Below, piece by piece: positions 19,900 to 29,481 of a DNA stretch of 64,000 bases. The notes beneath the pieces were generated by a model. That model worked only from the letters and a program-made list of their open reading frames with translations, made no database searches and was not told the DNA's origin. The stretch is from Candidatus Onthovivens sp. Lineage in GTDB: Bacteria > Bacillota_I > Bacilli_A > RFN20 > CAG-826. The position numbers and the translations under genes are program-made. Numbering within the stretch: position 1 is the stretch's first letter; each line of letters begins with the position of its first letter. The stretch spans positions 49,422 through 113,421 of the forward strand of contig JAXDXW010000004.1 of assembly GCA_034087725.1 (NCBI GenBank), read 5' to 3'.

Positions 19900-20589
19900 A
19901 TGAAATTTTTGAAATCATTCTTTAGTTTAAATTATATTTTTCTTTTAATTCTTTGCTACATCGGAGGATTTATTGAACTTTATAGCTTAGAGGTTAGAGG
20001 CGCTTTTGCCGGACTACAAACAGGTAACTTAATTTACATATTTGTGAACATGATTAAAGGTGATTATTACCTAGCTCTTTATTATTTTTTACTCATCTCT
20101 TGTTTCGTTGTTGGTGTGATTATTAGTCAAATTGTTGTAAATGTATGTAAGAAAAGAAACAAAGAGTACAAATTTATAATTTTGTTTCTCGAAATAACAT
20201 GTTTGATTGTTGATTTAATTATTCCAGTCAATCAATCTATCTTAGACCCTCTTAATATTTTGGGTGCGATATCTTTGTCATTATTTTGTGGGTTACAAAT
20301 ACACTCTTTTATAGAAGTACATAATCATCTTTTGGCTACAACAATGATAACAGCAATGATTAGATCTTTAGTCGATAACATTTATAAATACCTTACGCAA
20401 AAAACAAAAGAAAACATAATTAGCGCTCTTTCTTTATTTTTATCAATTTTGTCATTTACGCTCGGAGCAATTACTTTTTCGTTTATTGATTTTTTTGCAA
20501 AAGATATTTCAAGTTATTTTATTTCTATACCGATTTTTCTATTGTTTATGTGTTTGTTTTTACATTTGCTTGCTTTAAAAAAGAAATAA
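19900..20589 (+). CDS. Integral membrane protein, possibly DUF1275/YoaK family
   Basis: 229-aa protein with six predicted TM helices and a GAFAGLQTGNLIY segment resembling the TGN motif of DUF1275. It has no RBS. Confidence 0.45.
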   Translation: MKFLKSFFSLNYIFLLILCYIGGFIELYSLEVRGAFAGLQTGNLIYIFVNMIKGDYYLALYYFLLISCFVVGVIISQIVVNVCKKRNKEYKFIILFLEITCLIVDLIIPVNQSILDPLNILGAISLSLFCGLQIHSFIEVHNHLLATTMITAMIRSLVDNIYKYLTQKTKENIISALSLFLSILSFTLGAITFSFIDFFAKDISSYFISIPIFLLFMCLFLHLLALKKK

Positions 20590-20697
20590 TTAATTTTTTG
20601 GTGAAAACTAATTAGATTCGGTAAGTATTTACTCAATAATAGTTTAATTTTACTTTTAGTAAGTTTATAATTTAAAAGTCGATTATTGGAGGAAATT

Positions 20698-21540
20698 ATG
20701 TTTGAAATTTTAAAGAAAGTATCATTAAATCCTACCGTAACCTACATGGAAATTGCAGCTCCATATGTTGCTAAAAAAGCAAAAGCTGGTCAATTCATTA
20801 TTTTGATTGTTGATGAAAACGGAGAAAGAATACCTTTAACAATCGCTGGTTATGATAGAGAAAAAGGAACAGTAAGTATTATTTTCCAAATTGCTGGAGC
20901 TAGCACTTACAAATTAAATCACAAAGAAGTTGGAGAAAGCTTATATAGCTTTGTTGGACCTTTAGGCAATCCAAGCGAAGTCGAAGGATTCAAGAAAGTT
21001 GCTGTTATAGGTGGTGGTGTTGGCTGTGCTATTGCGTTACCAGTTGCAAGAGCTTTACATGAAAACGGAACTGAAGTTACTTCTATTGTCGGTTTTAGAA
21101 ATAAAGACTTAGTTATACTAGAGAAAGAATTTAAAGAATGCAGCTCAAGATTTATTCCAATGTCTGATGATGGAACATATGGTGAAAAAGGTTTAGTTAC
21201 CAATGCTCTTGAAAAATTATTGGCTGCCGGAGAAACATTTGATGAGGTTATTACAATTGGACCATTAATCATGATGAAGTTTGTTGTCCAAGTTTGTAAA
21301 AAATACAATATACCATGTGTAGTTTCTATGAACTCCATAATGATTGATGGAACAGGTATGTGTGGATGCTGTAGATTAACCGTTGGTGGAAAGACAAAAT
21401 TTGCTTGTGTCGATGGTCCTGACTTTAATGGTTACGAGGTCGACTTTGATGAAGCAATGAATAGAGGCACTATGTATAAAACATTTGAAAGACATGCATA
21501 TGAAGAAGCATGTAATTTATTCAAGAAGGAGGTTAAATAG
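20698..21540 (+). CDS. nfnA: NfnA/SudB/PyrK-like FAD/NAD-binding iron-sulfur electron-transfer subunit
   Basis: Ferredoxin-reductase-type fold with the C-terminal 2Fe-2S motif CGCCRLTVGGKTKFACVDGPDF. GGAGG lies 7 nt upstream of ATG 20698; the ORF track started at 20686. Confidence 0.75.
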   Translation: MFEILKKVSLNPTVTYMEIAAPYVAKKAKAGQFIILIVDENGERIPLTIAGYDREKGTVSIIFQIAGASTYKLNHKEVGESLYSFVGPLGNPSEVEGFKKVAVIGGGVGCAIALPVARALHENGTEVTSIVGFRNKDLVILEKEFKECSSRFIPMSDDGTYGEKGLVTNALEKLLAAGETFDEVITIGPLIMMKFVVQVCKKYNIPCVVSMNSIMIDGTGMCGCCRLTVGGKTKFACVDGPDFNGYEVDFDEAMNRGTMYKTFERHAYEEACNLFKKEVK

Positions 21541-21542
21541 TT

Positions 21543-22943
21543 ATGGCATTTAACATGAGACTTACAAAAAATCCAATGCCTTCTCAAGAACCAAATGTAA
21601 GAAATAAAAACTTTTTAGAAGTTGCTACAGGTTACACCGAAGAAATGGCAATCGATGAAGCAAAAAGATGCTTAAATTGTAAAAATAAACCATGTGTTGA
21701 ACATTGTCCAGTTAACATCAACATTCCTGGTTTTATCCAAGAAGTTGCAAAAGGTGAATTTGAAAAAGCTTACGAAATTATTTCCGAATCATCTTCTTTA
21801 CCAGCTGTTTGTGGTCGTGTTTGCCCTCAAGAAACTCAATGTGAAATGAAGTGTACTAGAGGCTTAAGACCTGGAGCTGAAGCTGTTGCTATTGGAAGAC
21901 TTGAAAGATTTGTTGCTGATTATCACAACTCTCATTTTGCTGGAGAAATAGTCAAGGCTCCATCAAATGGACATAAAGTTGCAGTTATTGGTAGTGGACC
22001 TTCTGGCTTAACATGTGCAGGTGATTTAGCTAAAAAAGGATATGATGTCACTATTTTTGAAGCCTTACATTTAGCTGGTGGCGTCTTAGTATATGGAATT
22101 CCTGAATTCAGATTACCAAAAGATATTGTTCGTAAAGAAGTTGACAATCTCAAGGCTTTAGGTGTAAAAGTTGAAACAAATATGGTTATTGGTAAAGTTT
22201 TATCAATCGACGAACTTAAAGAAGCATATGGATTTGAGGCTATCTTTATCGGAAGTGGAGCTGGATTACCAAGATTCATGGGTATACCTGGCGAAAACTT
22301 AAAAGGTGTTTATAGTGCTAATGAGTTCTTAACTAGAACAAATTTAATGAAAGCTTATAAAGATACAAGTGATACACCTATCGAACATGCAAAACGTGTT
22401 GCTGTTGTTGGTGGTGGAAACGTCGCAATGGACGCTGCAAGATGTGCCAAACGTTTAGGCGCTGATGAAGTTTATATTGTTTATAGAAGAAGTGAAGCAG
22501 AACTTCCAGCAAGAAGAGAAGAAGTTGAACACGCTAAAGAAGAAGGTATCATCTTTAAAGTTTTAAATAATCCAGTAGAAATTATTGAAAATCCTGAAAC
22601 ACATTTAGTTGGTGCAATTAAAGTAGAAAAAATGGAATTGGGTGAACCTGATGCAAACGGAAGAAGAAAACCTGTTGGTACAGGAACATATGATGAAATT
22701 CCAGTTGATTGCGTCATTATTTCTATCGGAACATCTCCAAATCCACTTATTAAACAAACTACTAAAGGATTAGAAACTAATTCTCACGGTTGTATTGTTA
22801 CAAAAGACGAGAGCGGACTTACAACACGTGAAGGCGTTTATGCAGGTGGTGACGCTGTCACAGGTGCAGCAACTGTTATTTTAGCTATGGGCGCTGGAAA
22901 GCAAGCTGCAAAAGCTATTGATGAATATTTAAGTAAGAAATAA
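21543..22943 (+). CDS. nfnB: NfnB/GltD-like NADPH-dependent oxidoreductase (glutamate synthase small-subunit homolog)
   Basis: 4Fe-4S motif CLNCKNKPCVEHCPV, two Rossmann dinucleotide sites (VAVIGSGPSGLTCA, VAVVGGGNVAMD), tight coupling to the upstream gene, and high codon bias. Confidence 0.8.
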   Translation: MAFNMRLTKNPMPSQEPNVRNKNFLEVATGYTEEMAIDEAKRCLNCKNKPCVEHCPVNINIPGFIQEVAKGEFEKAYEIISESSSLPAVCGRVCPQETQCEMKCTRGLRPGAEAVAIGRLERFVADYHNSHFAGEIVKAPSNGHKVAVIGSGPSGLTCAGDLAKKGYDVTIFEALHLAGGVLVYGIPEFRLPKDIVRKEVDNLKALGVKVETNMVIGKVLSIDELKEAYGFEAIFIGSGAGLPRFMGIPGENLKGVYSANEFLTRTNLMKAYKDTSDTPIEHAKRVAVVGGGNVAMDAARCAKRLGADEVYIVYRRSEAELPARREEVEHAKEEGIIFKVLNNPVEIIENPETHLVGAIKVEKMELGEPDANGRRKPVGTGTYDEIPVDCVIISIGTSPNPLIKQTTKGLETNSHGCIVTKDESGLTTREGVYAGGDAVTGAATVILAMGAGKQAAKAIDEYLSKK

Positions 22944-22970
22944 ATTTTACAAACAATAAATCAATGAAAT

Positions 22971-22996
22971 AAAAAGCGAGAAATCGCTTTTTTATT
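22971..22996 (+). terminator. Rho-independent terminator after nfnB
   Basis: AAGCGA/TCGCTT stem with a GAAA loop followed by TTTTTTATTTTT. Confidence 0.65.
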
Positions 22997-23028
22997 TTTA
23001 AAGAAAATATAAATTGTATAATTTATAT

Positions 23029-24522
23029 ATGAAATATGTTTTAACAGGTGAACAAGCTAAAGAAGCAGATTTATTCACTATCAACGAAAGAAAAATACCA
23101 GCAAAAGAATTAATGAAAAAAGCTGGCTTTAAAATGTATGAGGTCTTAAAGAGATACATTAATAAGCAAGACTCCGTCTTGATTGTATGTGGGGCAGGGA
23201 ATAATGGTGGAGATGGCTATGTTTTAGGATCATTTTTATATGAAAATGGTTTTGATGTAAGTATTTTTCAATATAAAACGCCGAAGACAAGCGAGGCGAT
23301 TGCGGCTTATAGCGAATTTAACGGGAAAATTATAAAAGAAATCAATAAAAATTATGATGTAGTTGTTGATGCTATTTTTGGAGTTGGACTATCAAGAGAT
23401 TTAGACGACATAACTAAGAACTTTATTTCGTTTTTAAATAAAATGTCCGGTTTTAAGGTTTCCTTAGATATACCAAGCGGATTAGATTCGACAAATGGTA
23501 ATATAATGGGAAATGCTTTTGTTTGTGATTTATTAATTACTGTCCAATGCTTAAAAAGTGGTTTGTTTTTAAATAAAGGAGTCACCACTTTTGAAAAGGT
23601 GGAAATAGTTGATATCGGAATTGATACTTCTTGTGTAATTGATAAATTAATTATTTATGAAGATGAAGATTTTCAAAATATATTGCAAAAGCGTTCAAAA
23701 ATATGCAATAAAGGTACGTTTGGCAAAGTCGCTTTAATTGGGGGCAGCCATGATTTATGCGGCGCTGCAATTTTAAGTGCATCTGCTTTAGCCTCACTTA
23801 GATGTGGCGTAGGATATTCTAGAATTTGTGTGCCTGAAAAGTTATACGATATATACGCTTTAAGAAATCCAGAAAATATTTATTTTGCTTTCAAGAGCGA
23901 CGATAAAGGAAATATTTTGTTTGATGAAGAAAATCTTAGATCAATTTTAAACTATGATTGTATTGGAGTAGGCATGGGGCTAGGATGCTCTGAAAATGTA
24001 TATAATATTTGCCGCTATTTATTGGAAAATTATACTGGTAATTTAGTATTAGATGCAGATGCCTTAAATAGTATTTCAGCTTATAATTCTGATATATTAT
24101 CTCATCATAAATGCAATTTAGTTATAACTCCTCACATAAAAGAATTTTCACGATTAACTAAACTTTCAGTAGATGAAATTTTAAAAAAAGAGTTGAGTTT
24201 TGCAAAGTTTTTTGCAAAAAAACGGGATTTAACACTTGTTTTAAAGAGCAATACAACTATTATTTGCAACAGCCAAAATTGTGTTCTAAATATTACTGGA
24301 AATCCTTCTTTAGCAAAAGGGGGAAGTGGCGATATACTGACAGGCATTATAGTGGGTCTTTTATCATTTACATCTAATAAATTCTTATCTAGTTGTTTTG
24401 GACCGTATTTACTTGGAAAGTGTGCAGAATCTATTTGTTATAAAATCGATGAACGTAGTGTAATAGCTACTGATATTGCAAATGAAATTGGTTATGTATT
24501 AAAAAATATTAAGGATAAATAG
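23029..24522 (+). CDS. nnr: Bifunctional NAD(P)H-hydrate epimerase/dehydratase
   Basis: YjeF-N motif VLIVCGAGNNGGDGYV and a C-terminal carbohydrate-kinase-like dehydratase domain (GGSGDILTG). TGTATAAT ends 7 nt before ATG 23029 and there is no Shine-Dalgarno sequence, consistent with a leaderless mRNA. Confidence 0.8.
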   Translation: MKYVLTGEQAKEADLFTINERKIPAKELMKKAGFKMYEVLKRYINKQDSVLIVCGAGNNGGDGYVLGSFLYENGFDVSIFQYKTPKTSEAIAAYSEFNGKIIKEINKNYDVVVDAIFGVGLSRDLDDITKNFISFLNKMSGFKVSLDIPSGLDSTNGNIMGNAFVCDLLITVQCLKSGLFLNKGVTTFEKVEIVDIGIDTSCVIDKLIIYEDEDFQNILQKRSKICNKGTFGKVALIGGSHDLCGAAILSASALASLRCGVGYSRICVPEKLYDIYALRNPENIYFAFKSDDKGNILFDEENLRSILNYDCIGVGMGLGCSENVYNICRYLLENYTGNLVLDADALNSISAYNSDILSHHKCNLVITPHIKEFSRLTKLSVDEILKKELSFAKFFAKKRDLTLVLKSNTTIICNSQNCVLNITGNPSLAKGGSGDILTGIIVGLLSFTSNKFLSSCFGPYLLGKCAESICYKIDERSVIATDIANEIGYVLKNIKDK

Positions 24523-24523
24523 T

Positions 24524-27500
24524 ATGAAAACTATAATAGGCATAAGAAAGTGGTTATCTTTCATTATTATTGGGCTTGCTGGGCAATTTGCTTGGACTAT
24601 TGAAAATATGTATTTGAACAAGTTCATATTTTCATTGGACAGTAGTGGAAATTACATGAGTTTAATTTCATTAACCGTTGCTTTAAGTGCGGTTACAGCT
24701 TGTTTAACAACAATTTTTGTTGGAGGAATTATTGATAAATTTGGCCACAGAAAATTAATTATTTCGTGTGGCTATATTTTGTGGGGAATATCAACTTTTG
24801 CTTTTGGCTTTATAAGTGTTGATAATGTAGCAGCATTATTTCCTGCTGCTTCTGCTGGATTTTTAGCTGGAATATTTGTCATTGTTCTTGATTGTATAAT
24901 GACTTTCTTTGGAAGTAGTGCGAACGACGCTTGCTTTAACTCGTATGTAACAAGAGAAGTTGATAATGACAATCGCGGAAAAGTAGAAGGTGTATTGTCT
25001 ATACTGCCTCTTTTTGCAATGCTTATTATTTTTGTCGGATTAAACTTTTTAACAGAAGGTGAAAATCCAAGATGGGATATATTCTTTTATATAATTGGAT
25101 CTATCGTTATTTTAGTAGGCATTATAAGTATCTTCTTGTTGCCTAAAGAAGTGAATGAAGATAAGGGTAATAAATATTTTAGCATAGTTGCAAACGGATT
25201 TAAGATCTCTACTATCAAACAAAACAAGACACTATATTTAGTGTTTTTAGCTTATATGATTTATGGGATTTCAAGTCAAATATTTTTTCCTTATTTAATG
25301 ATTTATTTCCAATACTCTCTTGGGTTTGAAGGAATAGATTTTTCTTTAGTTTTGGGAATAGTTCTCATAATCGGTTCTATTTTAAGCGTAATTTATGGGA
25401 TTCTTTCTGACAAAATAGGAAAAATAAAATCGTTATTTCCTATTTTAGTAACATACTGTGTCGGATTATTTTTATTATTTTTTGTTCAAAAAGGACAATT
25501 GGCTTTTGCTATAATAGCAGGCATCTTAATGATGCGGGGATATATTTCCTTAAGTAGTGTATTAAACTCGTTAGTTCGTGAATTCATCCCTGAAGATAAG
25601 GAAGGTAGTTTTATGGGCATTCGAATGCTTTTTGTTGTAATGATACCAATGTGTACTGGCCCTTATATTGGAGAAGCTATTTCTAGTGGTTTTCCATCAG
25701 GTGTATATAGCGATTTAGGAGTAGATAAACCTTTGCCTTCCAATTATATTTGGCTATTTTCCTTGCTAGTTCTTTTGCTTATATTAATTCCTCTACTTTT
25801 TGTAATTATTAATAGCAAAAAACAAAACAAAGAAAAGAAGAAAAACAACGGAATTCTTTACACCACTGATCTAAGCGTTGAAGATGTACCTCTTAAAGAT
25901 TATCCCAGAATCAATCTAGTTCGTGACTCTTATATTTGTTTAAATGGAAAATGGGAAATTTGCATAAATACTTCGAGAGACATTCCTAACTCATTTGAAA
26001 AAGAATGTATAGTTCCTTTTGCGGTAGAATCACCATTAAGCGGAGTCAATCATCTTCTCGAAGTAAACGAGTATATTCACTATCATAAAATTGTTAATTT
26101 TGATTCTGCTTTCAACCTAGGCAAAATCATTTTGCATTTTGAAGGGATTGATTGCGAAAGTGATATTTATATCAACAAGCAGAAAATTTGTTCGAATATT
26201 TCTGGTTACCTTCCAGTTGAGTTAGATATAAGCGACTATGTTAAAGCAAATAGTTTTGAAATCGATGTTACTGTCAGCGACAAAAGTGATTTGTCCCCTT
26301 TTTCAAAAGGAAAGCAAAAATTAAATAGAGGGGGGATATGGTATACAACTACAAGTGGAATTTATAAGCCTGTTTGGCTTGAAAGTGTACCTGTAAATTT
26401 TATAAAAAAAGTTGAAATTAGGACACTTTTTGATGAAAATAAAGTGTTTTTTAATGTTGTTTCAACTTGTTCTGAAGATGTAAACATTAAATTTTTAGAT
26501 TATGTTATTAATGGCAAAACTAACGAGATAATAGAAGTTGATGTTAAAAATTTGCCTATATGGAGTGTTACTAATCCTACATTGATATATGTAGATGTCG
26601 AAACAAAAGAAGACAAAGTTAGGTCGTATTTTGGGTTTAGGAAAATTTCTATCAGTTGTTTTGATGACAAAAAATATATATGTCTAAATAATAAGCCAAT
26701 ATTTTTAAATGGTGTTTTAAATCAAGGCTATTATTATGGAGGAAACTTAACACCTAGTTCCTATAAAGACTATGAAGATGATATTTTACGACTTAAGAAG
26801 TTAGGTTTTAATACAATAAGAGTACATATTAAACAAGAACTGGATAGATTTTATTATCTATGTGATAAACATGGAATTTTAGTAATTCAAGATATACCAA
26901 ATGGAGGTGAAAAATATTCGCTCACTGTCCAAATGCAAGGAGGTCTACTCCCCTTTATAAAAAAGAAAAATGATCACAATTATAAAACTTTTTCCAGAGT
27001 TTCGTCTGAAGGAAGAAACGAATATGATTTGGTGTTAAAAAATATATTATCAACTTTAGTTAACTTTCCATCCGTTATTATGTACACTTTGTTTAATGAA
27101 GGACGGGGGCAGTTTGACAGTGATGTCGCATATCATAAATCTAAAGCGTTAGACAACAGCAGAATTTATGATGTTGCAAGCGGGTGGTATGATAACGGAT
27201 TTAATGAAATTATTTCTATCCACTCTTATTTTTACCCTTTAAAAATTTCAAAAACCCTGCAAAAACCGATTATTTTTTCTGAATTTGGCGGTTATTCGTT
27301 GCTACTAAAAGATCATTTTTTTGGTTTAAAAAAGTTTGGTTACAGGCATTATAAAGATCATATAGCTTTAACTAAGGCTTACACTAAATTATATAAAAAA
27401 AGCATTATACCTCTTATTGATAAAGGTTTAAGTGGATGTATTTATACCCAATTTAACGATGTAGAAGATGAAGTAAATGGTTTGTTTACATTTGATAGAA

Positions 27501-27574
27501 AAGTTCTAAAAATTGATGAGAATGTTATTAGAAATATTAATATAGAAATTTTCAGAAAATTTCAAAAAAAATAA
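24524..27574 (+). CDS. Fusion of a 12-TM MFS transporter (N-terminal ~430 aa) with a glycoside hydrolase family 2 domain (C-terminal ~560 aa)
   Basis: The N-terminal part is hydrophobic and MFS-like. After a lysine-rich linker, LNGKWEI begins the GH2 sugar-binding domain; the GH2 acid/base NE (MYTLFNEG) and nucleophile (KPIIFSEFGG) are present. It is a single uninterrupted 1016-codon ORF. Confidence 0.7.
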   Translation: MKTIIGIRKWLSFIIIGLAGQFAWTIENMYLNKFIFSLDSSGNYMSLISLTVALSAVTACLTTIFVGGIIDKFGHRKLIISCGYILWGISTFAFGFISVDNVAALFPAASAGFLAGIFVIVLDCIMTFFGSSANDACFNSYVTREVDNDNRGKVEGVLSILPLFAMLIIFVGLNFLTEGENPRWDIFFYIIGSIVILVGIISIFLLPKEVNEDKGNKYFSIVANGFKISTIKQNKTLYLVFLAYMIYGISSQIFFPYLMIYFQYSLGFEGIDFSLVLGIVLIIGSILSVIYGILSDKIGKIKSLFPILVTYCVGLFLLFFVQKGQLAFAIIAGILMMRGYISLSSVLNSLVREFIPEDKEGSFMGIRMLFVVMIPMCTGPYIGEAISSGFPSGVYSDLGVDKPLPSNYIWLFSLLVLLLILIPLLFVIINSKKQNKEKKKNNGILYTTDLSVEDVPLKDYPRINLVRDSYICLNGKWEICINTSRDIPNSFEKECIVPFAVESPLSGVNHLLEVNEYIHYHKIVNFDSAFNLGKIILHFEGIDCESDIYINKQKICSNISGYLPVELDISDYVKANSFEIDVTVSDKSDLSPFSKGKQKLNRGGIWYTTTSGIYKPVWLESVPVNFIKKVEIRTLFDENKVFFNVVSTCSEDVNIKFLDYVINGKTNEIIEVDVKNLPIWSVTNPTLIYVDVETKEDKVRSYFGFRKISISCFDDKKYICLNNKPIFLNGVLNQGYYYGGNLTPSSYKDYEDDILRLKKLGFNTIRVHIKQELDRFYYLCDKHGILVIQDIPNGGEKYSLTVQMQGGLLPFIKKKNDHNYKTFSRVSSEGRNEYDLVLKNILSTLVNFPSVIMYTLFNEGRGQFDSDVAYHKSKALDNSRIYDVASGWYDNGFNEIISIHSYFYPLKISKTLQKPIIFSEFGGYSLLLKDHFFGLKKFGYRHYKDHIALTKAYTKLYKKSIIPLIDKGLSGCIYTQFNDVEDEVNGLFTFDRKVLKIDENVIRNINIEIFRKFQKK
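27250..27278 (+). repeat. Copy d of the dispersed repeat, inside the GH2 coding region
   Basis: AAAAACCCTGCAAAAACCGATTATTTTTT encodes KTLQKPIIF immediately before the SEFGG nucleophile. Confidence 0.6.
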
Positions 27575-27604
27575 AAAAGTCTGATTAACTCAGACATTTT
27601 TTTA
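27575..27604. terminator. Bidirectional rho-independent terminator
   Basis: An A-tract, then a GTCTGA/TCAGAC stem with a TTAAC loop, then T7. It lies between the MFS-GH2 gene (plus strand) and tRNA-Lys (minus strand). Confidence 0.7.
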
Positions 27605-27607
27605 TAC

Positions 27608-27683
27608 TGGTGATTCTCCGGAGACTCGAACTCCGGACCCACTGATTAAGAGTCAGTTGCTCTACCAACTGAGCTAGAGAACC
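27608..27683 (-). tRNA. tRNA-Lys (anticodon CUU), CCA encoded
   Basis: The reverse complement folds as a cloverleaf: acceptor GGTTCTC/GAGAATC, D-stem GCTC/GAGC, anticodon stem ACTGA/TCAGT with loop CTCTTAA, T-arm CGGAG-TTCGAGT-CTCCG, discriminator A, then CCA. Confidence 0.9.
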
Positions 27684-27875
27684 GGTAAAAATAATATTAC
27701 ACACTTGAAGCATGAAAATCAAGATAGAATGAATAAAATGTAAATGAAGATCTTAACTTTTAGGTTTATAAAGTTAAATTTTTTTATCTAAACGCTGTTT
27801 TTGTATTTTTCATTTTTTACGATCAAAAAACAAAAATTATTATTATACATAATTCTATTGTATAATAATAAAACT

Positions 27876-28838
27876 ATGAAAATTGTTTGCCCTTATTGTG
27901 AAAATGTTAATGATGTATCTAAAGGTAGCTTAAAAGTAACTTGTAATAAATGTGGTCAGTCTTTTGATATTGAACAAGGAAAGCAAAAAACTGTAAACAA
28001 ATACAAAGAGTTGCAAAGTGCTGCTTATAACTTCTTATATAGAAGTCAAAAATTCGAATCCGCCTATAACTGTTATGAGGATTGTTTATCTATTAAAGAA
28101 AACGATTTATCCTCTATTATTGGAATGTGTTTAGCTATTACTTCTATGTCTAGGCTTGATGATCCTCTTTTTTATAAAGTAATACCAATTATTGAAAACT
28201 ACAATGTTTATCTTGACATAGAAAATACTGTTTTATTTTTACACTTTATTAAAGACATGCTCGATCAAATTGAATTTTACTACAACGAGACAAAAGCAAG
28301 AGTTGTTGTTGAAGATTCTTTTATGAATGAGAACTTATTCAAGTCCTTTGTTAAAGCTTCAAATGATATTTCTGATATATTTAAATATTTTGAAGAATCA
28401 TTTGAAATAATGAATCAAGATGAATTGTCTTCTTTTAAAGAGGATTATCCATATTTTGAAGAGAGATTTAATGACATTAAGAATCAAACTACTGCTAATT
28501 TAAATACTACATATAATGTTTTAAATGTAGGCGACTATGATGTTAAGGACGGAATTGTTGCTATGACAGGCAACAATAAAAAAATTATGGAAATTGTTCT
28601 TCCGGAACATCTCGAACTTGTTGTAGAAAATGTTAAGGGCAAATTGTACATGAAAATATGTACTCCTATCATGATTAGCTTTGGAGTCCTTGCTTTAATT
28701 TTCTTTATAATTTTTGGTATATTTGCTAAACCACTTTATATTTATTTAGCTCTTGCCTTTTTACTATTAGGCATTGCAACGTTTGGCCTGTATAGATTAT
28801 TAGTTAATCACTCAGCTAAACATTTGCGGAAAAAATAA
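27876..28838 (+). CDS. Hypothetical protein with an N-terminal zinc ribbon and C-terminal transmembrane helices
   Basis: MKIVCPYCEN...CNKCGQ zinc ribbon and two C-terminal hydrophobic helices. A TGTATAAT element ends 9 nt before the ATG and there is no Shine-Dalgarno sequence. The ORF-track start at 27801 is a TTG extension. Confidence 0.5.
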   Translation: MKIVCPYCENVNDVSKGSLKVTCNKCGQSFDIEQGKQKTVNKYKELQSAAYNFLYRSQKFESAYNCYEDCLSIKENDLSSIIGMCLAITSMSRLDDPLFYKVIPIIENYNVYLDIENTVLFLHFIKDMLDQIEFYYNETKARVVVEDSFMNENLFKSFVKASNDISDIFKYFEESFEIMNQDELSSFKEDYPYFEERFNDIKNQTTANLNTTYNVLNVGDYDVKDGIVAMTGNNKKIMEIVLPEHLELVVENVKGKLYMKICTPIMISFGVLALIFFIIFGIFAKPLYIYLALAFLLLGIATFGLYRLLVNHSAKHLRKK

Positions 28839-29394
28839 AATTTATAAATTTTTTGAAAGCCAAAGAACGATGAGAAATCCCGTTCTTTTCTTTTGGAGAA
28901 AGCGTACTTATTGGCTCATCGTATCCTTTAGGAATAAAAATTGGATCATAACCGAAACCGTTTTTATTTTGTACTTTAGAAGAAATTTTTCCTTCCATTA
29001 TTCCTTCAAATTGATGAACTTCACCTTTATTTATATAAGTTAAGACACATGAAAAATATGCGTAACTTCCAGCGACAGTAGAAGAAAGTTTTTGATTAAG
29101 TGCTTCTTGTCCGCCGTTCTCGTCAGCATATCTATGTGAATATACTCCAGGAACATTATTACCTAATGCTTGAATAATAATTCCACTATCATCACTTAAA
29201 ACAGGCAAAGAAGTAAATGAAGAAACCGCTCTAGCTTTAATTAAAGAATTCTCTGCAAAAGTTTTCCCATCTTCAATAACTTCTTGATTAAAATTAATGT
29301 CTTCCAATGATAAAAAATGAAGATTATAATTTTTTCCCATTTGATTAAATTCTTCAATTTTATGTTTGTTCGAAGTAGCTACTACTATATCCAT
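28816..29394 (-). CDS. rdgB: Non-canonical purine NTP pyrophosphatase (dITP/XTP), RdgB/Ham1 family
   Basis: MDIVVATSNKHKIEEF N-terminus and the SHRYADENGG motif. Confidence 0.85.
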   Translation of the reverse strand: MDIVVATSNKHKIEEFNQMGKNYNLHFLSLEDINFNQEVIEDGKTFAENSLIKARAVSSFTSLPVLSDDSGIIIQALGNNVPGVYSHRYADENGGQEALNQKLSSTVAGSYAYFSCVLTYINKGEVHQFEGIMEGKISSKVQNKNGFGYDPIFIPKGYDEPISTLSPKEKNGISHRSLAFKKFINFIFSANV

Positions 29395-29411
29395 AAATTC
29401 TCTCTTTTTAT

Positions 29412-29440
29412 AAAAAACCTTGCAGAACTGAATTATTTTT
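29412..29440 (+). repeat. Copy e of the dispersed repeat
   Basis: AAAAAACCTTGCAGAACTGAATTATTTTT, between the rdgB start and tRNA-Gly. Confidence 0.65.
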
Positions 29441-29481
29441 AATAAAAAAGCTTTGATAAATCAAAGCAAAATTTTATTAAA

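Noticed and set aside
20919-21338. 139-aa ORF antisense to nfnA
   Set aside because: The sense-strand gene is highly codon-biased with intact 2Fe-2S motifs. The antisense frame has no initiation signals.
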